DNA of 64,000 bases from Diplonema japonicum (Eukaryota; Protista; Euglenozoa: Diplonemea). The first letter of the stretch is position 1, and every line of letters starts with the position of its first letter. The notes below the pieces were generated by a model. It was given only the letters and a program-made list of their open reading frames with translations. It was not told the DNA's origin and ran no database searches. Location of the stretch: NCBI GenBank assembly GCA_964019335.1, contig OZ025664.1, positions 372,001 through 436,000 on the forward strand, written 5' to 3'. Both the position numbers and the translations under genes were made by a program. Below are positions 49,740 to 61,197 of this stretch, piece after piece.

Positions 49740-52700
49740 ATGGGTGTCAAGAAGGGACAGAAGCCGAAGAAGCTGAAACGGCATGAAGTTGGCACAGTGC
49801 TGCCTGGGGTAGTTGTAGGGATATGCGGGGAGGTGATTGCCCGCCGAAGTGAGGACGAGGTGAGCGAGAGTGTGGCGCGTGATGTTGAGCAGCTGATGAA
49901 GTTGAACAAAGTACAGGATCAGGTGAAGGTGGTGTCTTCATGGGGGATGAACGTGTTCGCAAGGTCTAAGATAGATGATAAATGCAGAGACGAGACCAGT
50001 GTCTGGCACTACGTGGTGAAGCTCATGGTGTCTTTCTTGTTCCACTACGAGCTGGCCCACTTGCAGAAGGGCATCATCGGCGTCTTCGCAACATCAGCAA
50101 AACCTGCCACCCTGCAATACGCGCATGAGCTCTTCGGCAAGCTCTGCAAAGAGTGGTGCGATGCCCACTGGGAGGCCCTGAGCAAAGCAAAGGAAGCAAC
50201 TGTGACCTCTGTAGACACCCGTGCCGCCCTCACAAGGTGCGCCCTTAAGGTGGTGTGCGACGTGGATTGCATGTTGGACCACCCCAAGCCTGTTTTCTTG
50301 CCTGCAACTGCTTCCTGTTTCCGCCATCTGCTCTCCCTTATGATACACTGTGCTAACATTGCTGTCGCTGACACTGTGGGCACTACAGACGACACCACTC
50401 TCTGCTCTGGCATGGAGGACATGAAGTACTTCACGCGCATCACGCTCTACCTCATGCAGAAGTACAAGGAAGAAACACGTCTCGAAGTCAGCAAAGCTGC
50501 ACAAGGCGAAGCATCTCCCATTCTCTCCATCGCCGACACGTGCCAGAGGATCCTCCTGTCAGACGTCTTCGCCAAAGACTGCCTGTCCACTGCAGGGCTC
50601 ATCACGTCGATCCTTCTGCAGTGTGTTTTCAAAAAAGGTGAAGAGCACGTCACAGTGTCTTCATGGCTGAGCAAGTGCTTTGCTGCAGTTTCTCCTGCCG
50701 AAGAGGCATTGGGTGGAAAAGAGCTTGCGGAGGGCTTGCTTGGCAAAGACTCTGCAAAGTTCAACTTCCTGTACAGCAAACTGTCAGAATTCAGTAAGCT
50801 TGTTGTGCTGCGTGGCATCGTGAACTGCGGTGAGGATGTGATGTACCTGACGCCCATCGACGGGTGCTGCTTCCTGTACAAGGAGGTGATCCCCTTCGCA
50901 GAGCCACTCTGCACGTCGTCGGACCCGCCCCTCAGGTACCTTGGGCTGCAGACTATCGAGCTTGTCGTAAGAAAGATCAGAGACTGCATCCGCGATGAAA
51001 GCACGGCGGTGCAAAAGGCACAAGACGAGGATGCCCCTGTCCCCCAACTCTTGGTCGTTTATGACACCACTCTTGCCGATGTGTTGGGAAGGGTCCTTGA
51101 CGTGCTGTGGTCTGTGTGGGACGAGCCCACTGCCGCCATCGGGCACTTGTTAACGGACATCTTCAACATGTCGCTGGGTATCCACAAGGAAGCTTTGGCA
51201 CTCCACAAGGAGGCAGGGCTCGCGGACACTGGGTGTGGCCTTAATTTAGAGGACATCTCAAGAAGGCTCGTCGACGCCCACTGGTTGCGCAGAGGGAAGT
51301 ACCCATCCCTTACAGTCATGCTTCCTGTTGTGGGTGTGATGAAGTTGCGCAGCATGTGTCCGCAGCTCATCTTAAGAATACTAGAAGTGCTACACATCAA
51401 GGCTCTTGCCCACGGTGCTGGTGCGCTCTTCGCTGCTTATGCACTGGCACTTCGGGAGGAGCTCTCAGTTGAGGAGTGGAACACGGAGGTACTGCGGCCA
51501 ACGGCAGAAGCTCTTATCTCAGGCAGCGAAGCCAGTGGTTCTATGAACGCTGAGACTGTCTCCACACTGCTGCGACACAATGTTTCCAACTACGCTCTGC
51601 AACCTCTACTAACAGCCAATGCCTCCGTCCTTGACGACGTGCTCAGCATCTTGGCCGACGCTGCTGCTAAGCAGCCCAATGACCCCAGCGTAGCCTCCAG
51701 GCACCTCGCCAGCCACGTCTACATCATCAAGCTTGCGAAGGCCAAGCCTACGGAGTTGGTAAAACAGGCAGTGACCTCGACTGACCCTGTGGTTAGGATC
51801 AACTCCGTGCAGCTGTTGTCCCTGGGGTACCGCCCGTCAGACCTCCCCACGCTTGAGGAGATCACTGTTCTGAAACTCTTCACGATCAGGAACCTGAAGA
51901 CTGTCGATAGCGCATTCCGCTCGCAACACTCGGAGCTGCTGCGAAAGTGGTTAAGCAGATGCAAGGAGTCGCTGCACAGGTTTGGGAAAGATGCTGCTGA
52001 CCTTGCAAAGCGCGGTGGTGAGATGGAGCCTGCAATGGCAGCCAGGAGAACGGCAACAGAGGAGTACCTCATCTGGCTGGCCCGGTACCTTGTGCGTTCG
52101 TCGTACGCAACGTCGCCCTTGGAGAGGCGCTGTGTTGCTATGGAACTGTTGCAATTTCTGCACGTGACCTTTAACACTGTACCTCCTTCCGTTGCCCCCT
52201 GCGCAGCACTAACGTACCAGCGCACGGCAGCTGAGACACTCCCGCGGAACTTCGTGAGTGTCCTTATGGGGTCCTTGTGTGAGAGTTGGGATAAGGTAAG
52301 AGTGGCTACGTGGAAACTCTTGCAGCTTGTGCCCTCGCCCCTCCCGGGGTACAGCACTGAGCAAGAAGTCGCTGTCCTGGCAAGCAAGGCGTCTGAGGAA
52401 ATGAAAAGTTTCAAAATCAAAGACGCAGATTCTGGTGCTTTGGTGTGGCGGTTGCTGCACCGCAAATATTCTGTGCAGTTGGGCTGGACAGTGACGCTCG
52501 ACGACAATGGCGATGCGGTCGTGAACAGCACTGTTGACACGAAGCTTGAGTGGGCAAAACATGCCGAGGCGCTGCAGAGCCTTCTCGACAGGCTGCACGG
52601 CTTGAAGAGGGACAGGAAGAAGGGCGAGTTTAACCCGACGCACGGGATCCTGGCGGCCATCAAGAACCTGCTAGCTGATGCAAACCTGAAAACAATGGTA

Positions 52701-55640
52701 GAGGTTGATAAGCAGGGAGACACTAAACTCAAGGCTGGGGTGGAACAAGGCGTATGGAAGAAGCTGATTTGCGAGCTGCTGTCGTGTGTGCAAACCATCT
52801 GCAGCGACGCTATGAGAAACGTGGCCGGCGCCACCACAGGGGATGTCGACGAGTTTAGCCCCATTGGTGTGGACTGCAGGGGGCATGCCTTCTACGCTGA
52901 CAGGCATGATGACGCTGGGGACAGGCTCGTTGTTGTTAACTCGTGGCTTGCAGTGAAAGAGGGTTGTGGGCTCATCGCGGAGATCATCACATCGACACCA
53001 CTGTCGGGTGCGGGCAGCCCTGCAGAGCTGCTGCCAGCTGAGAACATCGCTTCTGCTGGTGAGTTCCTGATGTCGATGGGTCTGCAGTCAAAGCACAACG
53101 GCGCCATTGCCAAAGCGACAGAAGCACTTGGCATGGTGTGCCACCGCACTATCCGCTGCAGATTACCGTCGCTCTTTTCACTGCCTTCGAAATGGCTCAA
53201 CAGTCTCCTGACTGACGGTGGTGTGCAGAGCGACAAGGCATCAAGAATCTTGAGACGGTCTGCTGGCCTGCCCCACGTATTGGTTGCCATCCTCGATGCT
53301 GAGGACCACTCCGCCGGTGCCCCCCTCGCTATGCATGCTGTCACAACTTTGCTCAGTGTAGTGGAGCAGGAGGAGGTTCCCACCGACGGTGACCAGCCCT
53401 CGTACCTGCACAGGGTCAACGCGCTCAACGTCTTGAAGTACATCGCCGACGATACTTTCATGAGGGACGTGATCCTTGGGTTTGGTGCCCGCTGCCTCAC
53501 TCTCACTTTGAACGGCTTCAACCACGAGGTGTGGGCGGTGCGCAACAGCTCCCTAATGTTGTACTCGTCGCTCATGCAGAGGGTTATCGGCGGCGGTAAG
53601 GTAGGTGCTGGGAGTTTATCCTTCAAAGACTTCCTCATTAAGTACGCAGAGGCACTCCCCACGCTCATGGACTATCTGAACCAGGCATGCGACGCAACGC
53701 AGGACAAGGAGCTCCACCCTTGTCTTTTCCCGTTGCTGTTGCTCTTTTCATTACTGGCACCCAGTACTGATGTGCAGACGGCAGCCTTGCAGACCAAGTA
53801 CTTTGAGACGGGTGTTGCGACCTCGTCCGACATCCAAGTGCTGTCGTTGGTGGACAAGAGCCACGGCTTGAAAAACTGCATGGGCAGGATGATGGCGGCC
53901 AGGGCGTTGGTTCCGTTGGTGACGACAACAGCGATCCCGACTGCGGTGAGGGTGCTGTGCGAAAGGCTGCCCGCGAAGGACGGCGAGATCCTGAACAACA
54001 AGCTCCACGGGAGGCTCCTACAGCTGCAGCAGTTCCTGGTGGTCGCCACCGACTACGAAAAGGAAGAAAGGGTAAGGGTACACATGGCGGCTATACAGGG
54101 CATCTTGAAATCAGGCATCCTGACAGCTCTGCCTGACATGCACCACATCGCCCCCTTCAACGCAGCGCTTCTCTTCAAAGCATGCAGAACACTGATGTGG
54201 GAAGGTGCAGCAGGAGAGGAATGCTTCATGGAGTTTGTGACAAACTGCAGAGAAGCCGCTGGGAGCATAGCCAAAAGGAACGCAGTTCACGACATCGGAA
54301 GCGACGAGATGAGGTACAGGGTCGCAGGGGTCTACCTGCACGGGTGCAAGGTGACGGAACAGCCCGACGAGGCTGTACAATTCCTACTGACAACCGTTCT
54401 TAAAAGCGAAAGGAACCTTCTAGCAGAAACGCTAAAAGAGGTTCACAAGACATGGCTACAGAGGAAAGACGTAAGGGCAGGGCTGTTAGAGAAACTGGAC
54501 AACCTGGTAAACGAGACCCTTGCGGTACCCGACAAGGCGTACAATATCCAGTATGCTGACAACATGAAGAGTGTATTAGAAGCAGTGGCAGTTACCTGCG
54601 AGGGTACCCCTGCAGGGCTGGCCGAGACTCTGACGAAAAAGAAACTGGTGGACAAGCTGTGGGAAACGAAGAGGAAGATCAACAACCAAGCTGTGATCCA
54701 ACCCATTCTGCACTGCCAAGCGGAGTTCACAGCTGCGGACCTATCCACTGCGAATGTGGAAACCTTGTGCAGCGAGCTGTACAAAGCATCCTACTGCGAG
54801 GAAGCCGTCGAGGTCCGCATGGGGTGTGTCAACGCCTTGAAAGGGTTAAACTTTCAAAAACTATACGAAACCCGCAACAAATCCAGTGTCATCCCAATTC
54901 TCCTGATCAACCTCACAAGAGTGATATGCATACTTCTAAATGACGAGCACGATGGCGTGCGGGACATGATGGCAAAGCTTGTCTCGGAAAGCCCTCGATA
55001 CGGCATTACGCTACCCGGGCTTGCTCATAACGAGAAAGCATGCGAGATGTGTTTCAACTGGATGGGCGACATCGCGTGCGAGACTAAGGACGCCGGGCTT
55101 GCCGCTTTGCAACATTTGTCGAGTATTATTCTACACCCGAAGACGCCTGGGCAGTCATCGATTCTTTACGAGGGTGTTGCCGTGGAACGGGAATGTGATG
55201 TGGTGTTGCAGTACGCCCCGCAGGTGATCGCTGGGAAGAGAAATGTCGTTTTCGAAGTGGAGAATCATAATTATTACGCTGAAGATCTGGTGACAGTCAT
55301 GCTTGCTGTGAAGGAGGTTCGGAGGATTTTGGAGAAATGGGGTTCTGATGAAGAAGTGATGAAGTTTATGAGAAAATTTGCGTCTCGCACCCTTTCTGAG
55401 GCACGAACGGTGGCCTCGGTCGTGACAACCACATCTGGTGAGTCGCGTTCCCTTGCGTTCTCGTCCATCTACCGTCTTAAGATCGCGGCGCTCTTGTGCC
55501 TTCCGCACGCTGACGCTGCCGAGGTCTTCCCCCTCATCCCCGAACACCAAACAGACTCGATGTGGCTCGGCGCCTTGCCTAACCCACCGGCGGTTCCTAA
55601 AAACTCGGAATGGGAAGAGTTGTTGTTCCTTGTTCCGTGA
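49740..55640 (+). CDS. THADA: THADA / Trm732-like ARM-repeat protein (DUF2428), tRNA 2'-O-methyltransferase cofactor
   Basis: 1,966-aa helical-repeat ORF with VNSWLAVKEG, SKHNGAI, ILRRSAGLP, RVNALNVLK, WAVRNSSLMLYSSL, LHPCLFPLLLLFSLLAP, RMMAARALVP. Confidence 0.92.
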   Translation: MGVKKGQKPKKLKRHEVGTVLPGVVVGICGEVIARRSEDEVSESVARDVEQLMKLNKVQDQVKVVSSWGMNVFARSKIDDKCRDETSVWHYVVKLMVSFLFHYELAHLQKGIIGVFATSAKPATLQYAHELFGKLCKEWCDAHWEALSKAKEATVTSVDTRAALTRCALKVVCDVDCMLDHPKPVFLPATASCFRHLLSLMIHCANIAVADTVGTTDDTTLCSGMEDMKYFTRITLYLMQKYKEETRLEVSKAAQGEASPILSIADTCQRILLSDVFAKDCLSTAGLITSILLQCVFKKGEEHVTVSSWLSKCFAAVSPAEEALGGKELAEGLLGKDSAKFNFLYSKLSEFSKLVVLRGIVNCGEDVMYLTPIDGCCFLYKEVIPFAEPLCTSSDPPLRYLGLQTIELVVRKIRDCIRDESTAVQKAQDEDAPVPQLLVVYDTTLADVLGRVLDVLWSVWDEPTAAIGHLLTDIFNMSLGIHKEALALHKEAGLADTGCGLNLEDISRRLVDAHWLRRGKYPSLTVMLPVVGVMKLRSMCPQLILRILEVLHIKALAHGAGALFAAYALALREELSVEEWNTEVLRPTAEALISGSEASGSMNAETVSTLLRHNVSNYALQPLLTANASVLDDVLSILADAAAKQPNDPSVASRHLASHVYIIKLAKAKPTELVKQAVTSTDPVVRINSVQLLSLGYRPSDLPTLEEITVLKLFTIRNLKTVDSAFRSQHSELLRKWLSRCKESLHRFGKDAADLAKRGGEMEPAMAARRTATEEYLIWLARYLVRSSYATSPLERRCVAMELLQFLHVTFNTVPPSVAPCAALTYQRTAAETLPRNFVSVLMGSLCESWDKVRVATWKLLQLVPSPLPGYSTEQEVAVLASKASEEMKSFKIKDADSGALVWRLLHRKYSVQLGWTVTLDDNGDAVVNSTVDTKLEWAKHAEALQSLLDRLHGLKRDRKKGEFNPTHGILAAIKNLLADANLKTMVEVDKQGDTKLKAGVEQGVWKKLICELLSCVQTICSDAMRNVAGATTGDVDEFSPIGVDCRGHAFYADRHDDAGDRLVVVNSWLAVKEGCGLIAEIITSTPLSGAGSPAELLPAENIASAGEFLMSMGLQSKHNGAIAKATEALGMVCHRTIRCRLPSLFSLPSKWLNSLLTDGGVQSDKASRILRRSAGLPHVLVAILDAEDHSAGAPLAMHAVTTLLSVVEQEEVPTDGDQPSYLHRVNALNVLKYIADDTFMRDVILGFGARCLTLTLNGFNHEVWAVRNSSLMLYSSLMQRVIGGGKVGAGSLSFKDFLIKYAEALPTLMDYLNQACDATQDKELHPCLFPLLLLFSLLAPSTDVQTAALQTKYFETGVATSSDIQVLSLVDKSHGLKNCMGRMMAARALVPLVTTTAIPTAVRVLCERLPAKDGEILNNKLHGRLLQLQQFLVVATDYEKEERVRVHMAAIQGILKSGILTALPDMHHIAPFNAALLFKACRTLMWEGAAGEECFMEFVTNCREAAGSIAKRNAVHDIGSDEMRYRVAGVYLHGCKVTEQPDEAVQFLLTTVLKSERNLLAETLKEVHKTWLQRKDVRAGLLEKLDNLVNETLAVPDKAYNIQYADNMKSVLEAVAVTCEGTPAGLAETLTKKKLVDKLWETKRKINNQAVIQPILHCQAEFTAADLSTANVETLCSELYKASYCEEAVEVRMGCVNALKGLNFQKLYETRNKSSVIPILLINLTRVICILLNDEHDGVRDMMAKLVSESPRYGITLPGLAHNEKACEMCFNWMGDIACETKDAGLAALQHLSSIILHPKTPGQSSILYEGVAVERECDVVLQYAPQVIAGKRNVVFEVENHNYYAEDLVTVMLAVKEVRRILEKWGSDEEVMKFMRKFASRTLSEARTVASVVTTTSGESRSLAFSSIYRLKIAALLCLPHADAAEVFPLIPEHQTDSMWLGALPNPPAVPKNSEWEELLFLVP

Positions 55641-55889
55641 GTTTGTTTGTTTTTTTTTTTTTTTATTCATTTCAGTGTTTTGAAGTTTTTTTCTTTTTTC
55701 TTTTTTTTTTTTATATTTCCGTCATCAAAAGAAAAGGAGCAGAAAAAAAAAAAAAAGAGAGAGGGAAACACAAGTTATTTTATCTTTTTCTTTTTTTTTT
55801 TTTAAATTCCAACGACCAACCAAAAAAAAAAAAAAAAAAAAAAAAAGGAGGAGGGAGGCAGGGGGGATCTTACAAAAAAAAAATTAAAA

Positions 55890-56578
55890 ATGGCAAACGT
55901 CCCGAGTAAAAAGCACTTCTCTGACATCCAGCACCTGCCTAGCTATAACAACAGGCTGCCGATACTGGCAGACCTGCTCACCACTCTGTGCGCGAAGAAC
56001 GACAAGTCTGGAGGGAACACTAAGGAATCGGTGTTCTCCACCTCGAAGCCGGCTCTGGTGAGTGTGAAGGATTACCTGGTGCGGATGTGCAAGTACGGCC
56101 ATTGCAGCCCAACGGTCTTCATCTGTATGGCAGTGTATGTAGACCGTTTGTGTGACAAGACTGGCATAGAGCTGAACAGCTCTAACATCCATAGAATCCT
56201 AGTGGGTGCGTTTCTTATATCAGCGAAGCTTAATGACGATGTGTATTACAGCAATAAGTACTACGCCAGCATTGGAGGTGTTTCGCTCAAAGAGACAAAT
56301 GAAATAGAAGCAGCATTTTTGGAACAGACTGACTGGGATATGTATGTATCTGAAAGTGAGTACAAAATGTATATGAGTGATTTGAAGCTGGTGCCTCCAC
56401 AGCGGGTGCAGGGGGTAGAAGACGCAGGGCAGCAGATTTCTGGAAACGAGGGTCAGAATTCTGCCGGGGCCACGCATGTTGCTGGGACACCTGTGAATGC
56501 TTTGCGGTACCGAAGGGGTTCAGCCAAGCCGTCTCTCCTTCCCCCTTCTAAGCCTGTTATTAAACCTGCTTCCAGACG
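55890..56578 (+). CDS. PHO80/PREG (U-type) cyclin, 3' end lost in assembly gap
   Basis: SVKDYLVRMCKYGHCSPTVFICMAVYVDRL, NIHRILVGAFLISAKLNDDVYYSNKYYASIGGVSLKETNEIE. Confidence 0.92.
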
Positions 56579-56778
56579 NNNNNNNNNNNNNNNNNNNNNN
56601 NNNNNNNNNNNNNNNNNNNNNNNNNNNNNNNNNNNNNNNNNNNNNNNNNNNNNNNNNNNNNNNNNNNNNNNNNNNNNNNNNNNNNNNNNNNNNNNNNNNN
56701 NNNNNNNNNNNNNNNNNNNNNNNNNNNNNNNNNNNNNNNNNNNNNNNNNNNNNNNNNNNNNNNNNNNNNNNNNNNNNN
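56579..56778. other. Assembly gap (200 N)
   Basis: Run of N bases. Confidence 0.99.
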
Positions 56779-57498
56779 AGCACCCTGACCTGGTCTGCAC
56801 GCACAAATTCCCACAAACGTTCAATGTTTCAGAATTTCACTTTTGAAATTATAAAAGCAGCAGTTACACCTTAGGGAAAACTCCCGAGTTTTACAATTTT
56901 TTTTTTTTTTTTCATTTTACAGTAAATAGTAATTTCGCTCTGAGGGGTGGCCGACGTTATTTTTTCTGCTTTTTTTTTTTGAGACAAAAAAGAACTGGAC
57001 GGAGACTAAAGGAAAAGGGGGGAATAAAGGGGGGCAGGTGGAAAAAAAAGAAGGTCTTTTTACCTCCCCCCCCCCCCCCCCCTCCTGTTTGTTCTTCTCC
57101 ATGCCTGTCTTCTCAAAAATCCTCCCATACCCTTGCAATTGCTTTCCCCCCCCCAACCTCCCCGCTTTTTCGGGGTTATTTCTTTGGGATTACGGCAAGT
57201 AGTACCCAGTAGAATAGTGCTGCAAGTTGTTAAAAATCTATGGGAATTTCCCCCCCTCCCCCCCCTCTTTCTTCTTTTTTTTTTCAGTATACCACCTCTT
57301 TTTATTTTTTTTTCTCCTGTGTGCTGCCATCTTCATTTGATAGGCAATACATGAAGGGGAAGGTAAATTTTTTTTTTTTTAAAGAACAACAAAAAAAAAA
57401 AGAAAAAAAAAAAACAAAAACATGTATGCCATACTCTTATAGTATGATACCTTGGGGAAGGGGGGGAGTTTTTATTTTATTTTATTTTTGGAGAAAAC

Positions 57499-57643
57499 TG
57501 CTAACTAGACCCTTGCGATCTCTCTCTAATTCCATGATCTGAAGGCAGCCAAACCAGGCACCCTTTTTTGCTATCGAGAGATCCAGAGTCGCGCTTCGAG
57601 GGCGGGCTTTGTGCAGTTCTACAAACTTAGGGTCTAGTTAGCA
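57499..57643. repeat. 145-bp element with perfect 15-bp terminal inverted repeats (MITE-like or fold-back)
   Basis: TGCTAACTAGACCCT (57499-57513) and its exact reverse complement AGGGTCTAGTTAGCA (57629-57643) bracket a GC-balanced island in homopolymeric DNA. No obvious target-site duplication. Confidence 0.7.
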
Positions 57644-57911
57644 CCTTTATTATTATTTTTTTTTTTTTCCTTTACACCTGCTCTTTCCCCCCCCCCCTCC
57701 ATTTTTTTTCAATAATACAATGTTACCCTAGTACAAAAAAAAGAAGAAAAAAGAGAAAAATGATGTGAAGACACAGCGAAAATCTTTTGGGCTTGCTTTT
57801 TTTTTTCTTCTTCTTTCCCCCCCCCTTTTTTTTTCCTGGGCATTCCCCTGGGCTTATTCCCCCCCCTTCCCCTCCTCCCTATTCATGGCTGTGGTGTTAG
57901 TTGATTTATAC

Positions 57912-57947
<36 letters not shown>

Positions 57948-58648
57948 CTTGTACCCTTTTTTTGCGGCTACGATAGCAACAGAATTCACAGGTAACATTC
58001 TGCCAGAATGGTTTTGCTTCTACTTTTTCTCATTCTCTTCGTGCAAGGAATAGAGAAGAAGAGGGGAGTGGGGGAGGGTGGATGGAAGAATTCCCCTCCG
58101 TCTTTTCACATAATTTTTTAAATTATCCAAACGAAAAAAAAAAATGGTAGGGAGGGGTGGGGAGATGACAGTAAAGCGAAACGGGAGAAAAAAGAAGGGG
58201 AAAAAAAAAGGGAAAGAACGTCCTCTTTCTCTTTTTTTTTTCCTTTTTTTTCCCCCTTCTCCTCCCTTCTTATTTTTTTTTCTTTTTTTTTTTTTTTGCA
58301 ACTTCCCTGCTCCCCTTTGTCCGTCAAGCGAAAATGAAAGAAGGGAAAGAAAAATACAAAAAAAAAAGGAGGGGGAAAGAAAATACTTTACACAAAAAAA
58401 AGGGGGGGGGTTTTTTAAATTGTCGGTAAACCTTAGAATGAAAAAAAAAGGAGAAAAAAAAATGATTGAGACAATTGGGTGTTCCTCACACAATGGTAAA
58501 AGGAATGTAAACCCGATTTTGCACATCATCGCAACCCCGACACTCTCTTTTTTACAAAAACTTTTTTTCTTTACCTTTTTATATTTACATGCTTTAGCTT
58601 AGGCATGGCGCGTGTCTTGAATTTTTTTTATTCTTCTTTTCTCCGCTG

Positions 58649-58696
<48 letters not shown>

Positions 58697-59092
58697 AACA
58701 GTGGTACCCCCTCTCGTGTCACCATCGGACAAAAAAAAAAAAAAAAAAAAAATACGGTGTTATTTTTTTTTTTTTTTATCTCACTATTCAGAAATCTTCA
58801 CTCCGGAAGCCCATTATCTTATTGGTAAGGACTCATAATTTTGATTGTTTTGGGGGCTATTTTTTTTTTCTTTTTTTTTTTTTCCATCCAACACTCAAAT
58901 CATATCAACTAATGCCAACGTCGAAGAAGGAAGAAGAGAATCTTCTGCCCGCCACTAGCCGCGTAGGCTGAAGCATGCGCCCCTTCTGTGCTGATGTTGT
59001 CACTTAAAACACCAAAAGAATTCCCGTTCTTTTCGAGTCACCAGAGTGACTCAGTTTTCTGAAAAGTGAGGTAAAATTACTTATTTTCCGCC

Positions 59093-59217
59093 AGATTATG
59101 GCCATTCCTTTCACTCTCGAACCCTTTTTTTTTTTTTTTTTTTTTTTTTTAAACCCTCCGGGTCCTCGGGCAAAAAAAATACCCCGATTCTCGAGTGAAA
59201 ATTATGGCTTATAATCT
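59093..59217. repeat. Imperfect ~30-bp inverted repeat
   Basis: AGATTATGGCCATTCCTTTCACTCTCGAA (59093-59121) versus TTCTCGAGTGAAAATTATGGCTTATAATCT (59188-59217). Confidence 0.6.
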
Positions 59218-59354
59218 GTTGGCAAAGAAATAGCTATTCTCCTTTTTCTTTTTCTTTTTTTTTTTTTCTTCTTTTTTTTTTTTTTTTTTCCATACTCACG
59301 CAGCAATGTAGGACAATTTAAATAGAAGGGCTAAAAACACTTTTTTTTTTTTCC

Positions 59355-59385
<31 letters not shown>

Positions 59386-59861
59386 ACGATTTCCGAAACA
59401 TATAAAAAAAAAAGGGGGGGAAGATGCCATTTCTATTTGAAGAAAAGAGAGTCCACAAAGCTGAATGGGTAGTTCAAAAAAGAAAATCACCCCCCCCTCC
59501 TACATCTCTACTAACACGCACACAAAGGCCCTAGGCAAAAATAAATAAAAGAACCTACGAACGAAAAAAAAAAAAAAAAATGGTGCACAATTTGTGTGAA
59601 GTTCGCCGTGTAATTAACTACTCCCATAAACCCCCCTCCTCTACATCACGATATTCTTTTCTTTTTTTTTTTTCTTCATATGTTTCTTTTATGTTATTCA
59701 TCACTAAAGTGATTTTTTTTTTTTTTTTTTTCCCTCTTAATCCCCCCTTCCCCTACTTGAGAAAGGTGCTCCCTTTGGCTGAATAAGAGCGGGCAAAACG
59801 GCCAACAGGAAGTTTCTTCTTTTCTTTTCTTTTTTTTTTTTTCTCTGCATCCCACTTTTGG

Positions 59862-59908
<47 letters not shown>

Positions 59909-61155
59909 AACTGCAACAATTGGAGGCCACGGTGCCACAAAGCAGTGTTTTTCTTTTTTTTTTCTTCTTCTTTTTTTTTTTTTTCTGTTCTTAAATGAGG
60001 GGGGCGAACGAAACGAGATGGGACCAATAAACAGAAAAGGTGAGACACATCTTTTCCCCCCCCTTCTTTTTTTTAGTTTCCCTTTTTACACGAGGTAGAA
60101 AAAAAATTATATATATAGCATTGTGGATCAAAGCAAAAACGCGGGGGGAAAAAATCTTTGGGCAGTGCATAAATTGTTTTTTTTTTTTTTTTTACTCGAC
60201 TCAATTTTTACTGCTGGACCATGAGGAAACGGGGACGAGACACGTCATGTCTGAGGTGGGGCCGCACAGATTAGAAGCTCACCTCGACACATCGTTTGAC
60301 TACAAATACCCATGTTGTTCATGGCACACTTGAAGCCAACGTGTGGTGGAGTACTGAGCGCCATATGACTTGTGTCACCTTGACGTTTAAAAAGAATTCT
60401 TTTTTTTTCTTCTTCTTTTTTTTTTTCTCTTTCTTCTCTCCCTTGCTCCCCCAAACAAACGTTTTTTTTTTTTTTTTTTTTTTTTTTTTCTTTCTTTTTT
60501 TTTTTTTATTTGTTTCTGTTTCCCCCCCTTTTTTTTAAAATTATATAGCTGAACCTCTGGACCTCGTTCCTTCCATCATAGTGAATTTTTTTTTTCTTCA
60601 TTTCTTTTTTTTTTTTTTTTTTTTTTTAAATCTGCCCTTAAAAATAACTCAGACTTACCCACCCACCCACTCCCCCCCTTCTTTTTGGAATAAAGAAAAA
60701 AGAAGAAAAAAGAAATTAATGACATATCTAAAGCGATCCACCTTTCTTTTTTAAAAAATCTTTTTTGATACTGGCAAGAATGACCGACTTGTGTCATCTG
60801 AACCTATTCCATGCCCTTTAGTATCAGTAAATAGAGGGAAAAAAAAAAGAAAAGAAACCGGATTTTTTTTTTTTTTTTTTTTGCTTGTACAAAAAAATCG
60901 GAGCAATTCATTTACAATTATTGTTTTTCATGTTCTGGCAAAAAAAAGGGGGAACGGGGGGAACGCTTAGATACCCCCCCCTCCCAGAAATTAATATTTT
61001 AGAGGGAAAAAAAAAAGGAAAAAGAAAATGGGCCCCGAAGAACTTTTCTCTTTAGTAAGGCACCAGAAATTTTTATTTTTATTATTTTTTTTTTTTTTAG
61101 AAAGGAGAGCGGGGGGGAAACCCCCCCAGTCCCTCACACAACAAAGAAAACCAAT

Positions 61156-61197
<42 letters not shown>

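Noticed and set aside
56779-56846. Continuation of the cyclin after the N gap
   Set aside because: The 200-N gap length is likely nominal, so frame across it cannot be inferred.
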